Source: Tubiluchus corallicola
Taxonomy: Eukaryota > Animalia > Priapulida
Assembly: GCA_030141605.1 (NCBI GenBank)
Contig: JAQGDQ010000006.1
Span: forward strand, 1,513,067-1,577,066
DNA: 64,000 nt
Reading direction: 5' to 3'
The stretch's first letter is position 1; the number at the start of each line of letters is the position of its first letter. Shown in pieces: positions 34,724 through 48,009 of the stretch. Made by a program: the position numbers and the translations under genes. The notes below the pieces were generated by a model. The model ran no database searches. It was not told the DNA's origin and saw nothing but the letters and a program-made list of their open reading frames with translations.

Positions 34724-37700
34724 CTGTTATCTAACACATAAGATTAACGTGAGAAAGAAAGCACGTATAAGAAAGATTTAGTTTATTTAAGCTTGCTGTT
34801 TAAAAAATTAATAAAATCTTCATTAATGTTTGTTAGATTAGGTATGGCTGCACTTGATTTACCCTGCATGCTTATCAGGCTGTGCTTCACAAATAAATGT
34901 GACCAATTACAGAGCATACAGAATATTATGCCGCAGGAATATTGAGCTTCGCTTTTTATTTTATATCTATTTACTCAACTTTAAAATCTGACTACAAAAC
35001 GTCCATAGAAATGTTTTTGTTACCTCTTTTACCTCTAAAATGCTCGTCGTTTGCAGTATCGGAAAACAAAAGTTCTGAATTCCTTGTTTTCTGTTTTATT
35101 TTCCCCTTTTTGGTGATAATTTTTAGTAATTCATTCCACAGCCTTTTCTAAGAATGTTGATTTATTCTTAATCCGAATAGTATATCAAACTATCTAAAGA
35201 AACGCTAAGTACAAAATAAAGAAAATTACTTTTTTTACACAAAATGTACCATTATTTGTAGTACTCACAACTGAACGTCTGCCTCTGTAAATACAAATTG
35301 CAGAAATTAACTAAAATCATTTTTGTATATTAATCGTTTCTTTAAATTTTTAATCATTTCAAAAGTGCACGAATTTCAGCTAAGCACTGATCTTTGATAA
35401 CACATCGTACAGAAAAGTTTTGGCAAATGACAGATGGCACCCTATGAAAAAACGAAAAACCAATATGTATATAAAACTAGCAAGCAAGCGTAATGAAAGG
35501 TCTAATCATTTCATCTTTCAGTTATGCTCCAGAGATTGCTCAAAAGCCGTCCAATGAATTTGGATAAAACGCACTCTGACGAAGAGAATAGTTTCAAGTT
35601 TAACAACAAACAGCAAATAAACCACTACTGCAAATTCGTGTTCAAGAACAGATCATATTTTTACTTAGGAGACAATCAGAACAAGAAATAGCAATGGGGC
35701 CAAGAAATAACAAACAAAAACAAGAGCACGTTGAACAAGATCGCACAGGACTTAAAATCCCAATATCCTGGTCAATGTACTAAAGCTAGACTATGGACGG
35801 ATGGCTGTATCATGTCCAAACAACAAACCATGAATACATACCGACGTTTAGAGATTATAGTGCATCCGTATTGTCAAGGTATAATAGGTGATTAACAAGA
35901 CAATACTTTCCTATCATTACATATTACACGCACCCAATGTGTTATGTTAAACATGATAATCTACCGCGAGATAATCCAGAGCCTTGAGATTAGCTTAATA
36001 AAGGCATAATGCAGAGCAGACAGGTTATGCGGAGTCCATTCAGAATGGGATGGCTTACTGGTTTAAATGGAGTGTTTTCATCTTACTTGTGATCCAGTTT
36101 ATACGGTTGCAATAGGGCACAAAAAGGAACAAATTTTCCCACGAGAATATTTTTGCAAGGAAGTCTTTCGGGAAAAATTGGCGGTGACTTTCAGCCCGTC
36201 TTAAAAATTAGTGCATCACCAAATCATATATTAATAAATATAATAATTAAAAAAGGTATGCCTATGTAAAATTAACTGGGTCAAATATAGTATAATTCTC
36301 ATACTTTAAAAGAAGACAGAATGATTTTTCATATTCAAGTACGGTAAAAGTATACATTTTAACACAAATAATACTGCAACAGCGTTTCTGATAATTATAT
36401 AATACATTAAAATCTTAATTAACAACGGGCGAGCCCAACTGTTGATTACATAAAAAACTAACGTAATTTTCAACAGCAAATACATTCCACATGAATGGAG
36501 TGTTTTCATCTTACTTGTGATCCAGTTTATACGGTTGCAATAGGGCACAAAAAGGAACAAATTTTCCCACGAGAATATTTTTGCAAGGAAGTCTTTCGGG
36601 AAAAATTGGCGGTGACTTTCAGCCCGTCTTAAAAATTAGTGCATCACCAAATCATATATTAATAAATATAATAATTAAAAAAGGTATGCCTATGTAAAAT
36701 TAACTGGGTCAAATATAGTATAATTCTCATACTTTAAAAGAAGACAGAATGATTTTTCATATTCAAGTACGGTAAAAGTATACATTTTAACACAAATAAT
36801 ACTGCAACAGCGTTTCTGATAATTATATAATACATTAAAATCTTAATTAACAACGGGCGAGCCCAACTGTTGATTACATAAAAAACTAACGTAATTTTCA
36901 ACAGCAAATACATTCCACATGTTGTACGTGTTTGTAAAAGGGAAAATTGAAGTACGGTACTTCTGTATGAGATTCAGTGTGTTGTATTAAAACTCGGCAA
37001 GTTTTAAGATAAAAAAAAGTTCAAATTTCAAGTTTACCGCTGCACTCATGCATGAGCTATCGAACGTGTGTAGTTCGTCACAAACTAACACATCTGAACT
37101 GAGAAGTACAGGCGCTATTGCCCGTATAACTAGCGTATAGTGAAATGCATGTAACAGCGAAGAACTAGTGTCAAGAACGTGAAATTGTGTTTGTGTGGTA
37201 ATAATTCTTTCACGTAAGTCATTTTTGAAAAAAAGTACGTTTCCTTTCAACATTTTAAAGACTGTATTGTTTTGACTTAAAGTTTAAGATTGGATACGGT
37301 TTTGCTTTAAATTCTCTTTCATTTTTATGATTAATACGAAAAATTTTTGAACACTAATAATGCTTAACATTTTATTTTACGTTAAAAATATGCCTTCAGT
37401 AGATGTGCATTGTGCAAACTTTATAACACATCATAAAGGGGAACAAACGAACAAAACAAAAATCGCTAGTCTGAACAGTGAACGCCAAATCTGCATTCAG
37501 AAGGTACAACAGGCCATACTAGCTAACCTGAGTAAAATCTTAAAAGAATTTTTCCATACATTCAACATTTTCCAATTATAATTTAATTGACGTATATATA
37601 CGCTGCAATTTTATATACAGATTTTTTATATTAATAATTCGTATAAACTTTATTTAAAAGTTTCTAACTCGCAATTGTAGTGGCTTTTATGTTAACTAAA

Positions 37701-39861
37701 CTTGCATGTTTTGTATTTGTAAAAAACGCACAAATTTCTCACCTTGGGACCAGTCATCAGGAAATTGTTCACCGTCCTAAAAATAAAAACAAATAGATTA
37801 TTTGTTTTAGGTGTAAATTATTTGCGCATTTCTTGTGTTAAAAATGTCGTGTTAGCTAGTATGCATGACATTGAATTGAATAGAATTTGTTGACTAACAG
37901 AGATAAAGTATATTAACAATACATCACATACAAAGTTGTAAAGAGTTAGTCCTAATTAATAGCGGTAACGATGAGTCTAAATGGTCAGTCACACGGATAA
38001 AAACACAGGCTTACAATGAACGAAGTGATTACAACAAAATCATGTCAGATAGTTAAAAATATAAAAAGTTTAACAAATATAACACTCAATTAAAGAACTC
38101 AATTGAAGAACAAAATTTATAAGACTTATTTGTAGACAACTGTAGCATCAAATGATATAAGAACAGATTGAAGCTGTCATGTGGATACTCGATTGCTGGA
38201 TACTGGATCGCCTAATATTGTTACGCATATCATGATGCTATAAACGTTATTAATATATTATATCAACTGCTATAGCTAAACTACGTTTACGTTTTTCTTA
38301 TGCTTTAAAAACGAATATTCTGGGGAGGAAGTATCCAAAATCTGCGCTATAATTTAAAAAAAAATAACTCGAAGGTTTTGCGTACTGCTAGGGCAAAGTA
38401 AACGGTTTTAAAGTCGTACTTGTTGTTTGTTAAAATGCTTCTCATAACAATAAATAATAATTATAACTTAGAACGCCAATTATAAATTAATTGCTATTAG
38501 TACGGCAGTATCTAAAGTTTGCATACGAGATGAATTTTATTTAACTGATAAAATGTACAACCAGGGAAGAAAACTTAGCCTATTTAAATGGTGAAAAAAA
38601 ATTCTCAATTTCGTTAACTTTTCAGTTATTTCGATTTTATAATGGTAAAAAATTTCGAATTATTTGAGCAAATTTCAAACCAATTCTTTGATCTGCTTTG
38701 TTTCACATGTTCTTTTATTTTAGGAAATTTAACTACGCCTTTTTGTAATTGTCATAGTGTAAAATGTGGTGATATTCATAATCAAAATTCTACATTTATT
38801 CTAGATTTACCCACAGTTGTATTCATTAATCAAAGAGGTTACTAATGTCACTGTGTTTGTACCGACTAATGACTTTTACCGAGTAAATATAAAGTTTGGT
38901 ACTTTGGTGAATTTATCTGCCAACCTTGCTTTTTAAGACTTACTAAATACATCACAATAAGTTTATGAAAATGTATGACGGCTTTGGCTTACCTGCACGC
39001 ACGAATGTTAATTAGGCTGTTTATATAAATATGGCCAATTAGAGATCATACAGGACTATATTCCAAGAATATCGAGGTTTGGTTTTTATTTTATATCCGT
39101 TTACTTAACCTAATTTTGTCTATGAAACGTCAATAGAAACGTTTTCGTCATCACTTTTAGCCCTTTGACAAAATCCGCGTCATTTGCAATATTGAAAGTC
39201 TAAGTCTATATGCAATATGCAATAGTTTAAGTGACAAGAACTTTTTCTTTTTTTCTCGTTTCATTATTTTATTGATGAAATAACTAATAGTTGGTTTCAC
39301 AATTTTTTCTCCTATAGTTATTTTATTCTTAATAAAATAAATCCAAATTGTATATCAAAATTAGGTTGTAAAAATACGCGGGAGTACAAATACTCAAGTT
39401 GTAAATCGAACGTACAAAATAAAGAAAATTATTTGACTGTTTATATAATTATTTATATCAGTCAAAAGTCAACATATGCAAGCTTCGCACTGTAAACGCA
39501 AATTACAAAACCTGACTGAAATTAATTTCGTGTATTAATCTTTTCTTAAATTGTAAAAATAACATTTAATTTTAAATAATCTAATTACTATTTTCCTACC
39601 AATAATAATAAATGTCGAAAAGCGAATATCTTTGGGATTAACGAATTAATCACCTAGAAAACTAAACATTATTACACAATGAAGCAAATTTTTATATATG
39701 TACGAAGACAGGTGTATAAACATTTTCGCACAAACGCCCTTTTAAAATATTTAAAAAACTAGTAGAGTGACAAAAACTTACCATGAATACGCACTCAAAC
39801 TACAAAAAGATATTAAAAGCAGCGTTTCATGCAACACTTTTAAGTGTCGATATTTGCACAT
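28756..39861 (-). CDS. wnt8: Wnt8 ligand, 336 aa. Exons 39861-39782, 37776-37743, 32888-32753, 32205-32083, 31307-31165, 30603-30333, 28979-28756
   Basis: Signal-peptide-like N-terminus, then Wnt8-diagnostic [43 protein letters not shown]. Also [35 protein letters not shown] (lipidated Ser) and [22 protein letters not shown]. All exon phases are compatible (1011 nt). Confidence 0.95.
29506..30290. repeat. (GTAAA)n pentamer array in Wnt8 intron 6
   Basis: About 780 bp, degenerate toward the right end. Confidence 0.97.
31414..31556. repeat. (CTAAA)n pentamer array in Wnt8 intron 4
   Basis: About 28 units. Confidence 0.97.
32520..32745. repeat. Compound pentamer array (TAATG/CAATG/CAATA/TAACA) in Wnt8 intron 3
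   Basis: Directly abuts the exon 3 donor. Confidence 0.93.
32955..33135. repeat. (GAAT/GAAC)n tetramer array
   Basis: Visible tandem array. Confidence 0.93.
34572..34720. repeat. (TA)n/(TG)n dinucleotide array
   Basis: Visible tandem array. Confidence 0.93.
36066..36921. repeat. 428-bp tandem duplication (36066-36493 / 36494-36921)
   Basis: The two copies appear identical by eye. Confidence 0.92.
36738..37306. mobile_element. Kolobok-like non-autonomous DNA transposon, copy 3 (Wnt8 intron 2)
   Basis: Colinear with copies 1 and 2; TTAA at 36734-36737 and 37307-37310. Confidence 0.65.
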
Positions 39862-40856
39862 CGTAATTGTTCACAGATAATTAACTTCGTTTTTCTGTAA
39901 ATATTTTTTAACAAATTGATATTATCTTCTTCTGCTAATTAATCAACTTGATATCAGTTGTTTCTTTCACCTGATAAGAATCAACATGCAATTTATCACC
40001 TACTGACACCCAACTTACCTGGACCAGAAGGAGGAGTCAGATACCTTCTTAACCAATCACGTCCTGGCGGCATTGATTAGAACAAAGGCAACACCTATCA
40101 ATAACAAAAATAGCTGACGCCGATTCCATAAAGGCACGCTTTCAACTCACAGGTACGGCAGGTAAGTTGTTTTTGTATTGTTCCAGCAAAGAGCATCCTT
40201 TCCCTTTTTGACCGTATGGGTCTTTTGTCGGAATCTCGGCACCTTTGATGTTTACTTTATTATATATACCTGTACTATATGCTCACCATATTTTTGTCTC
40301 TTACGTAAAAAAATGGCCGTGTGTCATAGTCAGCTTTTGATATGATCAGAGCCACTGTTTATTAAATTTCTTATTGTAGTAATTATGTAGGCCTAAATGT
40401 AGCTTTGGTGGATTTTGATTTTAACTCTTATATTATACGTGATTACGTGCCTCAGTTACCCATTGTTAGTGTAGTTAAATATGTGGGCATTCAACTTAAC
40501 ACAAAATCTTGCAGAGTAAATTTGTTAAAGTTCAAATATTTGTTTTATAATCCAGGTATAGTCATTTGAATTCGATTATAAATCACTTACAAATTAATAA
40601 ATTTTAAAAATTAAACTTGACTGAAAGGCAGAAAATGTGAAAAAGTCGAGATTGAGATTAGACTTATGCTTAAGCGTTACACCAGGCAATCCTTAGGAAC
40701 GTAGCAGATTTTAAATAATTATTAATGGCTCATAAGTTAATTATTAGTATTTAATCAATTACACATTGAATTAGTCTCTTAAAGTTCACGTGTTTAGTAG
40801 TTGCTAAACTAATAGAATTAAACTAAGGCCTATCATGATCACAAGAAGCTTCATGA

Positions 40857-40915
40857 TCTAGTGGACATAGCGTTCGATTTGTAATACAAAGGACCTCGGT
40901 TCAAATCCACGCTAA
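40857..40915 (+). mobile_element. tRNA-derived SINE head or tRNA relic
   Basis: A box (CTAGTGG) and B box (GGTTCAAATCC) at tRNA spacing; no acceptor stem. Confidence 0.45.
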
Positions 40916-41631
40916 ATTCTGACTAGTTCGCATTTTTCGGCCACGTGTTTTTATTTGTCAGAAACAGATTACAACTTTAATTTCTGTTGGAAGACCGCCC
41001 AGAGTCGCCATTGGGCTTGCTTAGAGCGATTTGTAAAAAAGTCTTTGTTTCAAAAACTCAGTAATTGCCATGTTGTTTTTCCTTGGGCATATCATTTTAT
41101 CAATAAAAATTTGCAAGTATCGTTCTGTATTAAATACAATTACACTATCCACTTTCTGTAATTATATGAACTATCCCTGTAATAATACAAGTGAAACCGC
41201 GTGCTCAGAATGGCACTTGATGGCAGGTGAGGAATACAAATTCAAAGAACCTCTTATCATAAAACAAAAGCTTCCCACATCGATTAGGAAAACTTAGATA
41301 CCTCACTTGCTTACTTTTTCTTTTCTCTTTCTCAATAAGAGTATACTGTTTACAGTGATCTCTACGGTGCGCATCAAAGAATTAGCGAATCTATCACGGT
41401 ATTTTCTAAGCAATCACTTTCTAAGCAATGCACCCAAGTCTAAATATGGTTAAATTTCGCAAACCGTACAAAATTAATAATGCTGCTACAGGTAAAATGA
41501 AAAAGCCATGTTTTTAATACGTAATTCATTTTTAATTACCTTGTGCACTGTGGGTGAACAATTTAAACTAAGACATAAGTTAGTTAGCTGCACTTATGAT
41601 AAGAGCGTAAACATGCAGATGTAAATTGAAA

Positions 41632-41761
41632 ACACACACACACACACACATACACACACACGCACGCGAGCACACGCACTCCCGCATACATGCACACACG
41701 GACGGACGGACGCGCACGCGCACGCGCACGCACACGCACACACACACACGCACGCACACGC

Positions 41762-41838
<77 letters not shown>
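41632..41838. repeat. (CA)n/(CG) dinucleotide array
   Basis: Alternating purine-pyrimidine tract. Confidence 0.93.
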
Positions 41839-41953
41839 AACCTTTATTGTAGAAAATATACACTAGTACAGAGTGAAACAAATTACATCATATATAAAAT
41901 TAGTGTATAACCAGACAGTGACAGACTGATGAGTGCAATTGTGTCAGTCAGTT

Positions 41954-42065
41954 TAAGTTAAAAATCATAAGAATAAAAGCATTAAAATACTACATTACAT
42001 ATCTACAAATTTGTCTATATGTAATATAATATTTTAATGTTTTTATTCTTATGATTTTTAACTTA
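41954..42065. repeat. ~112-bp near-perfect palindrome
   Basis: TAAGTTAAAAATCATAAGAATAAAA...ACAAATTTGT...TTTTATTCTTATGATTTTTAACTTA. Confidence 0.85.
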
Positions 42066-43317
42066 GTGAAGCGTTTTAAATAAACAAATAAATAAATAAA
42101 TGACTTTTATGTTCCTGCTTTCTCATTCATGACTTTATCAAAACGTAGAAGTTCTTGCTGATTACAATACGCAGGTTTTCCTGTAATTGCTAAATTTTAC
42201 CTGCATTGACAAACTTCAGCTAATTCAAGATGCACCTACAAGAGAAAAATACAAGCTAATCTGTCGCTTTGTAAATCAAGCAAAATAATAAATAAAATTT
42301 AATTGAATAATGTTGTGTCTTTCATCTCTTCTTTACAGCAGAATAACTATTAAAGTCACACTGCAATATTATTTTATGAGTAAAGATTTAGGTGTTGTTC
42401 ACAGATTGCTCAAGTCTTACCTCTCCTTTATAAAATTACTAAAAAAACTGTATAGCTAAATGCTTGTCTTATCAGTATATTAAGAATTATATTATTTAGT
42501 ATTATTGTCAAAGTTAGTAGATTTGTTCTTAATCAATAAGCCTAGAAATAATGAAGTTGAACTCAAATCAAAATGTATTTAACTCCTGTTGTTGATTAAT
42601 AGCATTATTAACCCAATGTGTTTTTATCATTTCATAACAATTTTGACCTGTATTTCACATAAAATCTAAATGCAATTTTTAGTTTAATCAAGACTGACCT
42701 TATTTTGTTGCCCGCTAATTAAACTACATGTATATTCTTTTCTCTGGATTATATGGAAAATGTCATAATTTTAAAAATTACTAATGTTTCCTAAATTAAA
42801 CTGATAACATTAATGCCCACCAGTGTCTAAAAAATCTTTTTATCTATATTCGGTAAAGGATTGCAGTCTAGGTGACTTTATAGTCTTTTCGCTATCCTTT
42901 CTCTAGTTCTAGATCTATCTATACATTTTAACCATTTTTCAAAACTTATTAGAGATTCTTTTATTAATCATGTTTTACTGTAACACTATAAAGAGATAAA
43001 AAAGTTGAATTTGAATTGTGATATAGGACAGGTCTAATAGGAGCAGATGTCGTACAATGATATAATTTCAGCAAACATTCATAAGAAAATTAGCCGAATA
43101 AATAATAGTTTGAAACCATGCTACACCAGTCAGTAATATATAAAGGATATGAAGAATATGATCCATATGCCAATATTATAATCTGCATTTATGGCACCAC
43201 TGAAGTGTCATGTTATGCAGTCGGGTCGTTGTTCTTTTGAATGAATGCCAGTTTATGGACATTTAAGCAATCGAGCTGCTGACAAACTAAAGGACAAATG
43301 TCAGCAGCTAGAACTAT

Positions 43318-43990
43318 GATAAGATAAGATAAGATAAGATGATATTTATTTTCATCGGTATGATATAAACAGTACATATTTGTAAAACATGAGCTTAAAG
43401 CTCGTAAACCGATATCAAACATAATGTATATGAGCGATAACATGGTAATAATATGTACTTCTTAAAATCTTTTGGATGCCACCAGAGGTATTGGTACAAG
43501 AAAAATTTATAACTACATAAAAATTTTAGGCAGTAACATTTTCTAAAATTTACACAAAAAGCTATCCAGGTCAATAAAAAATTTTCCTGCCAACATTTCA
43601 GCATTTAATTACGACTTAACAAAATTGGGAAGTTCGCTGAATTTACAAATGGCACATTTACATGATACACCAGTCCATGACTTAATTAGACGTTTAAATT
43701 CCCCAAGATTTTCGGCCATTCGGAGACAGTTTGGTAATTCATTCCACAATGTGGCTCCATAATAGGAGAAACTTTTCTTGCCATATGTAACACCATCATA
43801 TGTAGGGTGTTCTGCAGTGTTCATTTTTCTGAGGAAGTAGCGGTTTTGCTTTCGTTCCTCTCTATCAGTCCATAAAGATAGGACGGGCAGTTTTTGGACA
43901 AAATCTTGAATACTTCGATAGCAATGAGAAGTTGAAGAGACACAAAATTGTCTTTAAACAATAGATTTTCGTAGGTACTTTCAAAATCAG
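43318..43990 (-). mobile_element. CR1/L2-group LINE 3' end fragment
   Basis: YGKKSFSYYGATLWNELP...FKRLIKSW..CKCAIC, followed on the minus strand by AATAAA and a (CTTAT)n tail. Confidence 0.7.
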
Positions 43991-45010
43991 GTATGCTTTA
44001 GCTCCTTTCGACTGGCCTTCTTCCTTTAGCTTAGTTGATTAGCCCCGTCTTCATCTTTTTAGAAAACACATTTATCACAGTTTCACCACCAACATCAAAT
44101 GCTATACTCGAAAGCAGATCTAACTGGTAATAGCTATAGTTTTAGTTCCGCTTGATTGTGCCAAACCATATGATCAGAATCAGCGTGCTTCCTCAAACGA
44201 TACTTTCCTTCCAGCGAATTTCTCAACTCCCGTGCGCCATCTGCCGGCAGAAGTCGAAAAAATTTCGCGCATGCTGCAGGTATATTGAAGCTGCCTTGCT
44301 TTGCGAATTGCTGAAAATGAAGCTGTTTCCGTGGCAACGGCAAGGTGCGTGTTGGTGTGATCGCGTAGGGAATTACATTATTCCCGTTTTGGTTTGGTTA
44401 TTGTTGTATGATATATGACAAAAAATGCAATAATGCTGATGAGCTTTTGTCACTTTAGTGAATTAACGGCCAAAACATGAAATGCAACAATTTGCTTATA
44501 AAGGTAGGCATTGTTTTGTGTCTAAAAATTCTTTTTATTCTTAAAGTTTTATTCTTATTCTTTGTACATAGTCATGTCCTTGTAATTATTGTTATCATAA
44601 ATTCGGTATTAATTGTAATTACTACCAGGGTTTGTCTCGGTGTACTCGCGTTACAAAAGTACGTATCATTTAGCTCAAGAAATAAAATTTGATTGCCTTA
44701 TATAACCACTAGTACGCTTTACTATGTGTTTAAAGCATTTGGATTAAACATGAAAAGGTTAAAAGTTTGTTAGTTTCGCATTAATAAATGCGCAAATTCA
44801 CATTAACTACGAAGTAGGCTTATGAAAACCAAAAAAATACACTTGGATATGAATATGGGCTCTTTTTACAAGTCCAAGCATTTTGGCTCGACACAAAGTC
44901 TTAAATCCATGATACGGTATCACATATATTCGCTACTTTATGAACTATAGGCCTACAGTATCATTCACTTTCCGATTGGTTTCAGAGCTACATTTGTTTT
45001 AATTAATCAT

Positions 45011-45393
45011 TAGGGGTGAGCATCGAACGTTCGAGTTCGAACTCGATTCGAATCCAAAACTGTAGATTCAAATAATTCAGCACTTCAATCACATATGTTC
45101 CTGATCACTAAAACGATTGAAACAACATGCAATTAGCGTAATTTAGCAGTGATTTCTGTGCACAATTTTAAACAAATTACTAGTCGTTTTATTGCAGAAC
45201 AAAATCTAGTGATACACATGATCTTTGTAAGACTAATTTTTACTGGTGGTTCGAAAACTTGTTCGAAAATCATTCAATCTCAATTCGACTTCAGTTCGAA
45301 TTTGAAACACTGAAGTTCGGTTAGATTCGAATTCGAAAGTCAGAAATTCGGTTCGATTCGAATTCGCTTTCTGGTAGAGAATGCTCACCCCTA
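45011..45393. mobile_element. hAT-type MITE
   Basis: Perfect 13-bp TIR TAGGGGTGAGCAT / ATGCTCACCCCTA, 8-bp TSD TTAATCAT / TTAATCAC, and many subterminal TTCGAA motifs. Confidence 0.8.
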
Positions 45394-45414
45394 TTAATCA
45401 CAAGCTGCTGCCTG

Positions 45415-45475
45415 CGCGTAGTGATTTAAGATGTTACACTCGTGACCAAAAGGTCGCCAGTTCAAATCCAAATTC
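45415..45475 (+). mobile_element. tRNA-derived SINE head or tRNA relic
   Basis: GCGTAGTG...AAGGTCGCCAGTTCAAATCC. Confidence 0.4.
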
Positions 45476-46399
45476 AGTCAGGACTTTTATATTTCTTTCC
45501 TTCAGTTAAGTTTGTTCCAAAATTTTAACAACCTTACCTTTGCTGCATAAGTTTTGATAATCTTTAAACTGTGATCGTAGACAGTAAAAAATTGTTTATT
45601 TACTAAATAAACATCAACACAAAACTAACAGCTGAACAGCTTACGTACTTAGTGAACTTTTTAAGAAAATCAACATTTTCATTATCAGTCATTTGCAGGT
45701 TACCAATTAATGCGATTATCTGAGGATATAAAAATGTTATAAAATTTGTTACATGATGGATTATTTATCATACAGAAGATGTTTTTGAAGTTCCAAAAAA
45801 AATTCAAAACTGTATATGTTAAACATATTAGAAACATCAGAATTGATATAAAGTAAGAATGATGAATTTCATTTATCTTTTTCATTTATATATACACTGG
45901 TACAGAGTAAAGCATTTTACATCATACATAAAATCAGTGTACAACCAGTCAGTGACAGACTGATGTACACTATGTACAGTTGTGTCAGTCAGTCTAAGTT
46001 AAAAATCATAAGAATAAAAACATTAAAATACAACATTACATAACTACAAATTTATCTACATGACGACATGATAGTGACTTATGAAATATGGTAAATTTTA
46101 ATATTTTTTGATACTTTTTGCTACTTTTTGCCATGCAAGTTTCCGTATGAGTCGCATATTTTTATAGTATAGACACTTATATTATGATGAATTTGTGAGT
46201 CTAGAGCGTTATGCGTTTTTGATATTCTCAATTATTGATGAATTCTACTTTATCGCTTTTATGTAAGGGTCTTTTGTGAGTTAGCAGTTTGTTTTTAGTT
46301 CTGTTTTAAACGTTGTTAATCCGTCTTTTGATTTTCTACTTAAGAGTGCTGAATTCCATAAGTTGATTTTTGTTTTGCTTATCGAATTGTGTCCATATT

Positions 46400-46800
46400 T
46401 TTTGTAAGTAACTGTTTTAGATTATAGGTGCGTTCGTTTTTATGTTTATCGGGGTAAATAATAAACCATTTTCTTTGAAAACTGGAATTATATCATTTAT
46501 ATATTTAAATAGAAATATTAAGGAATGGTAATAAATGTTTGATTCTATATTGGGTATTCTTAATTTTTTTCTATTAGTGGCTGAGTACATATGGTGTTAA
46601 TTTATTTTCTTAGAAAAGTGGCCTAGTACATGTTTGAGCGCATAATTTTGAGTTGTATCTAGTCTACCTGTTTGGGTTTAGAAATGTTTTCAAGTAGATG
46701 GCAGCCATAAGTTAAATGAGGCATTATTAATCTTTTGTATATTAGTAGTTTGATTTCAATAGTAACTTTGGTATCAATAATAAGCTGTTTAAATATTAAA
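46400..46800 (-). mobile_element. Degraded LINE fragment
   Basis: KLLIYKRLIMPHLTYG is typical of the region after the RT thumb; the frame is broken. Confidence 0.45.
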
Positions 46801-47935
46801 CGTTCCCCAGCTTCCTCAATTCCAGAGCTCTCTGTTCTATTTTTGTTTAAATTTAATTTTGCTTTCAATGCGATCTTGACTTAAAGAAGCTGGTGTCCAA
46901 AAATAACAATGAAAATTATTACACATAGTTTTTGTCAATTTTTTTTGTCATAAAGATGTAATATATTTTGTTTCAATGTATGCAATATTAATTGATTGCA
47001 CTACAGCCCAACAATGATAATGGTTATTACTGTGTGAGTAAAACTAGTAATTTTCTCTTAATAATTTGCTGTCCAAAAATTTAGATATATAAAAATTTAG
47101 CTGAAAGGAAGATGACAGTTATAAGGCAACGACATTTTATATAACTGCTCGTGGACCAAGTGTGTTACATACCAGGTAATCAAATTTAAAAACAAATAAA
47201 ACTAATAAACCATTAAATGGTCATAACCGTGGTAAAATCAGTGCAAAGGTACAACCCCGGATGATAAATGGACAATTTGTCAAAAACGAACATTTAATGA
47301 CGTTTTCAGTAAGTAGGTAAACGCAAAGAAAAGCAGCAGCTAATATATTTTATTCTATACAATTTTATGCTGTGTATAGTTTTTAGGCCACGCCTATGTA
47401 GGGTATAATTATATTGCAGTTCGGTTAATTACAAGTTTAGCAAGTTACATGCTGTACTTCTACTTGCAGTATTATTTATGATAATTGTCCATAATAACAA
47501 ATGTATTGCAAATGACAGCATAATGCTGCTTACCATCAACAAAGCTACAACGCTGGAATTATGAATCTGTTGTGTAACAGCTATGCAATACACACTGCCA
47601 AAGACAAACACTTGCTGGTTACAGGTTATAATAATAAATAAAGAATAACCCATTCTTCAAGTTTCACTCGTTTTTCACTGTCATTTTCTGTTAATCTACC
47701 CAGCAATAACCCTAAATTACATGAGTCAGAGACACGTAGGGGTTTTTGCTTTTCTAGGCCAACGAATGCAGATCATTTTACCTAGATTATGACTGAGTAA
47801 CACATTGTAGCCAATCTAGGTACTATTTAGTAATATTGTGCAATTTTTAAATGTTAGTTTGGACTTTAGAATACCCGTATGAATTAAGACAGCTAAATTA
47901 AGTAGCGCTGTAAATAAACTTGCAAGAAAAATATA

Positions 47936-48009
47936 TGGCCAGTACGGGGGTCGAACCCGCGACCTTAGCGTTATTAGCACCACGCTCTAACCGACTGAGC
48001 TAACCGGCC
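47936..48009 (-). tRNA. tRNA-Ile (anticodon AAT)
   Basis: Reverse complement is GGCCGGTTAGCTCAGTCGGTTAGAGCGTGGTGCTAATAACGCTAAGGTCGCGGGTTCGACCCCCGTACTGGCCA: canonical cloverleaf with A and B boxes, and a T5 Pol III terminator just downstream. Confidence 0.96.

Noticed and set aside
40857-40915. Additional functional tRNA genes (also at about 10385, 45415, 53975 and 60985)
   Set aside because: A/B boxes are present but acceptor and anticodon stems do not pair; treated as SINE heads or relics.
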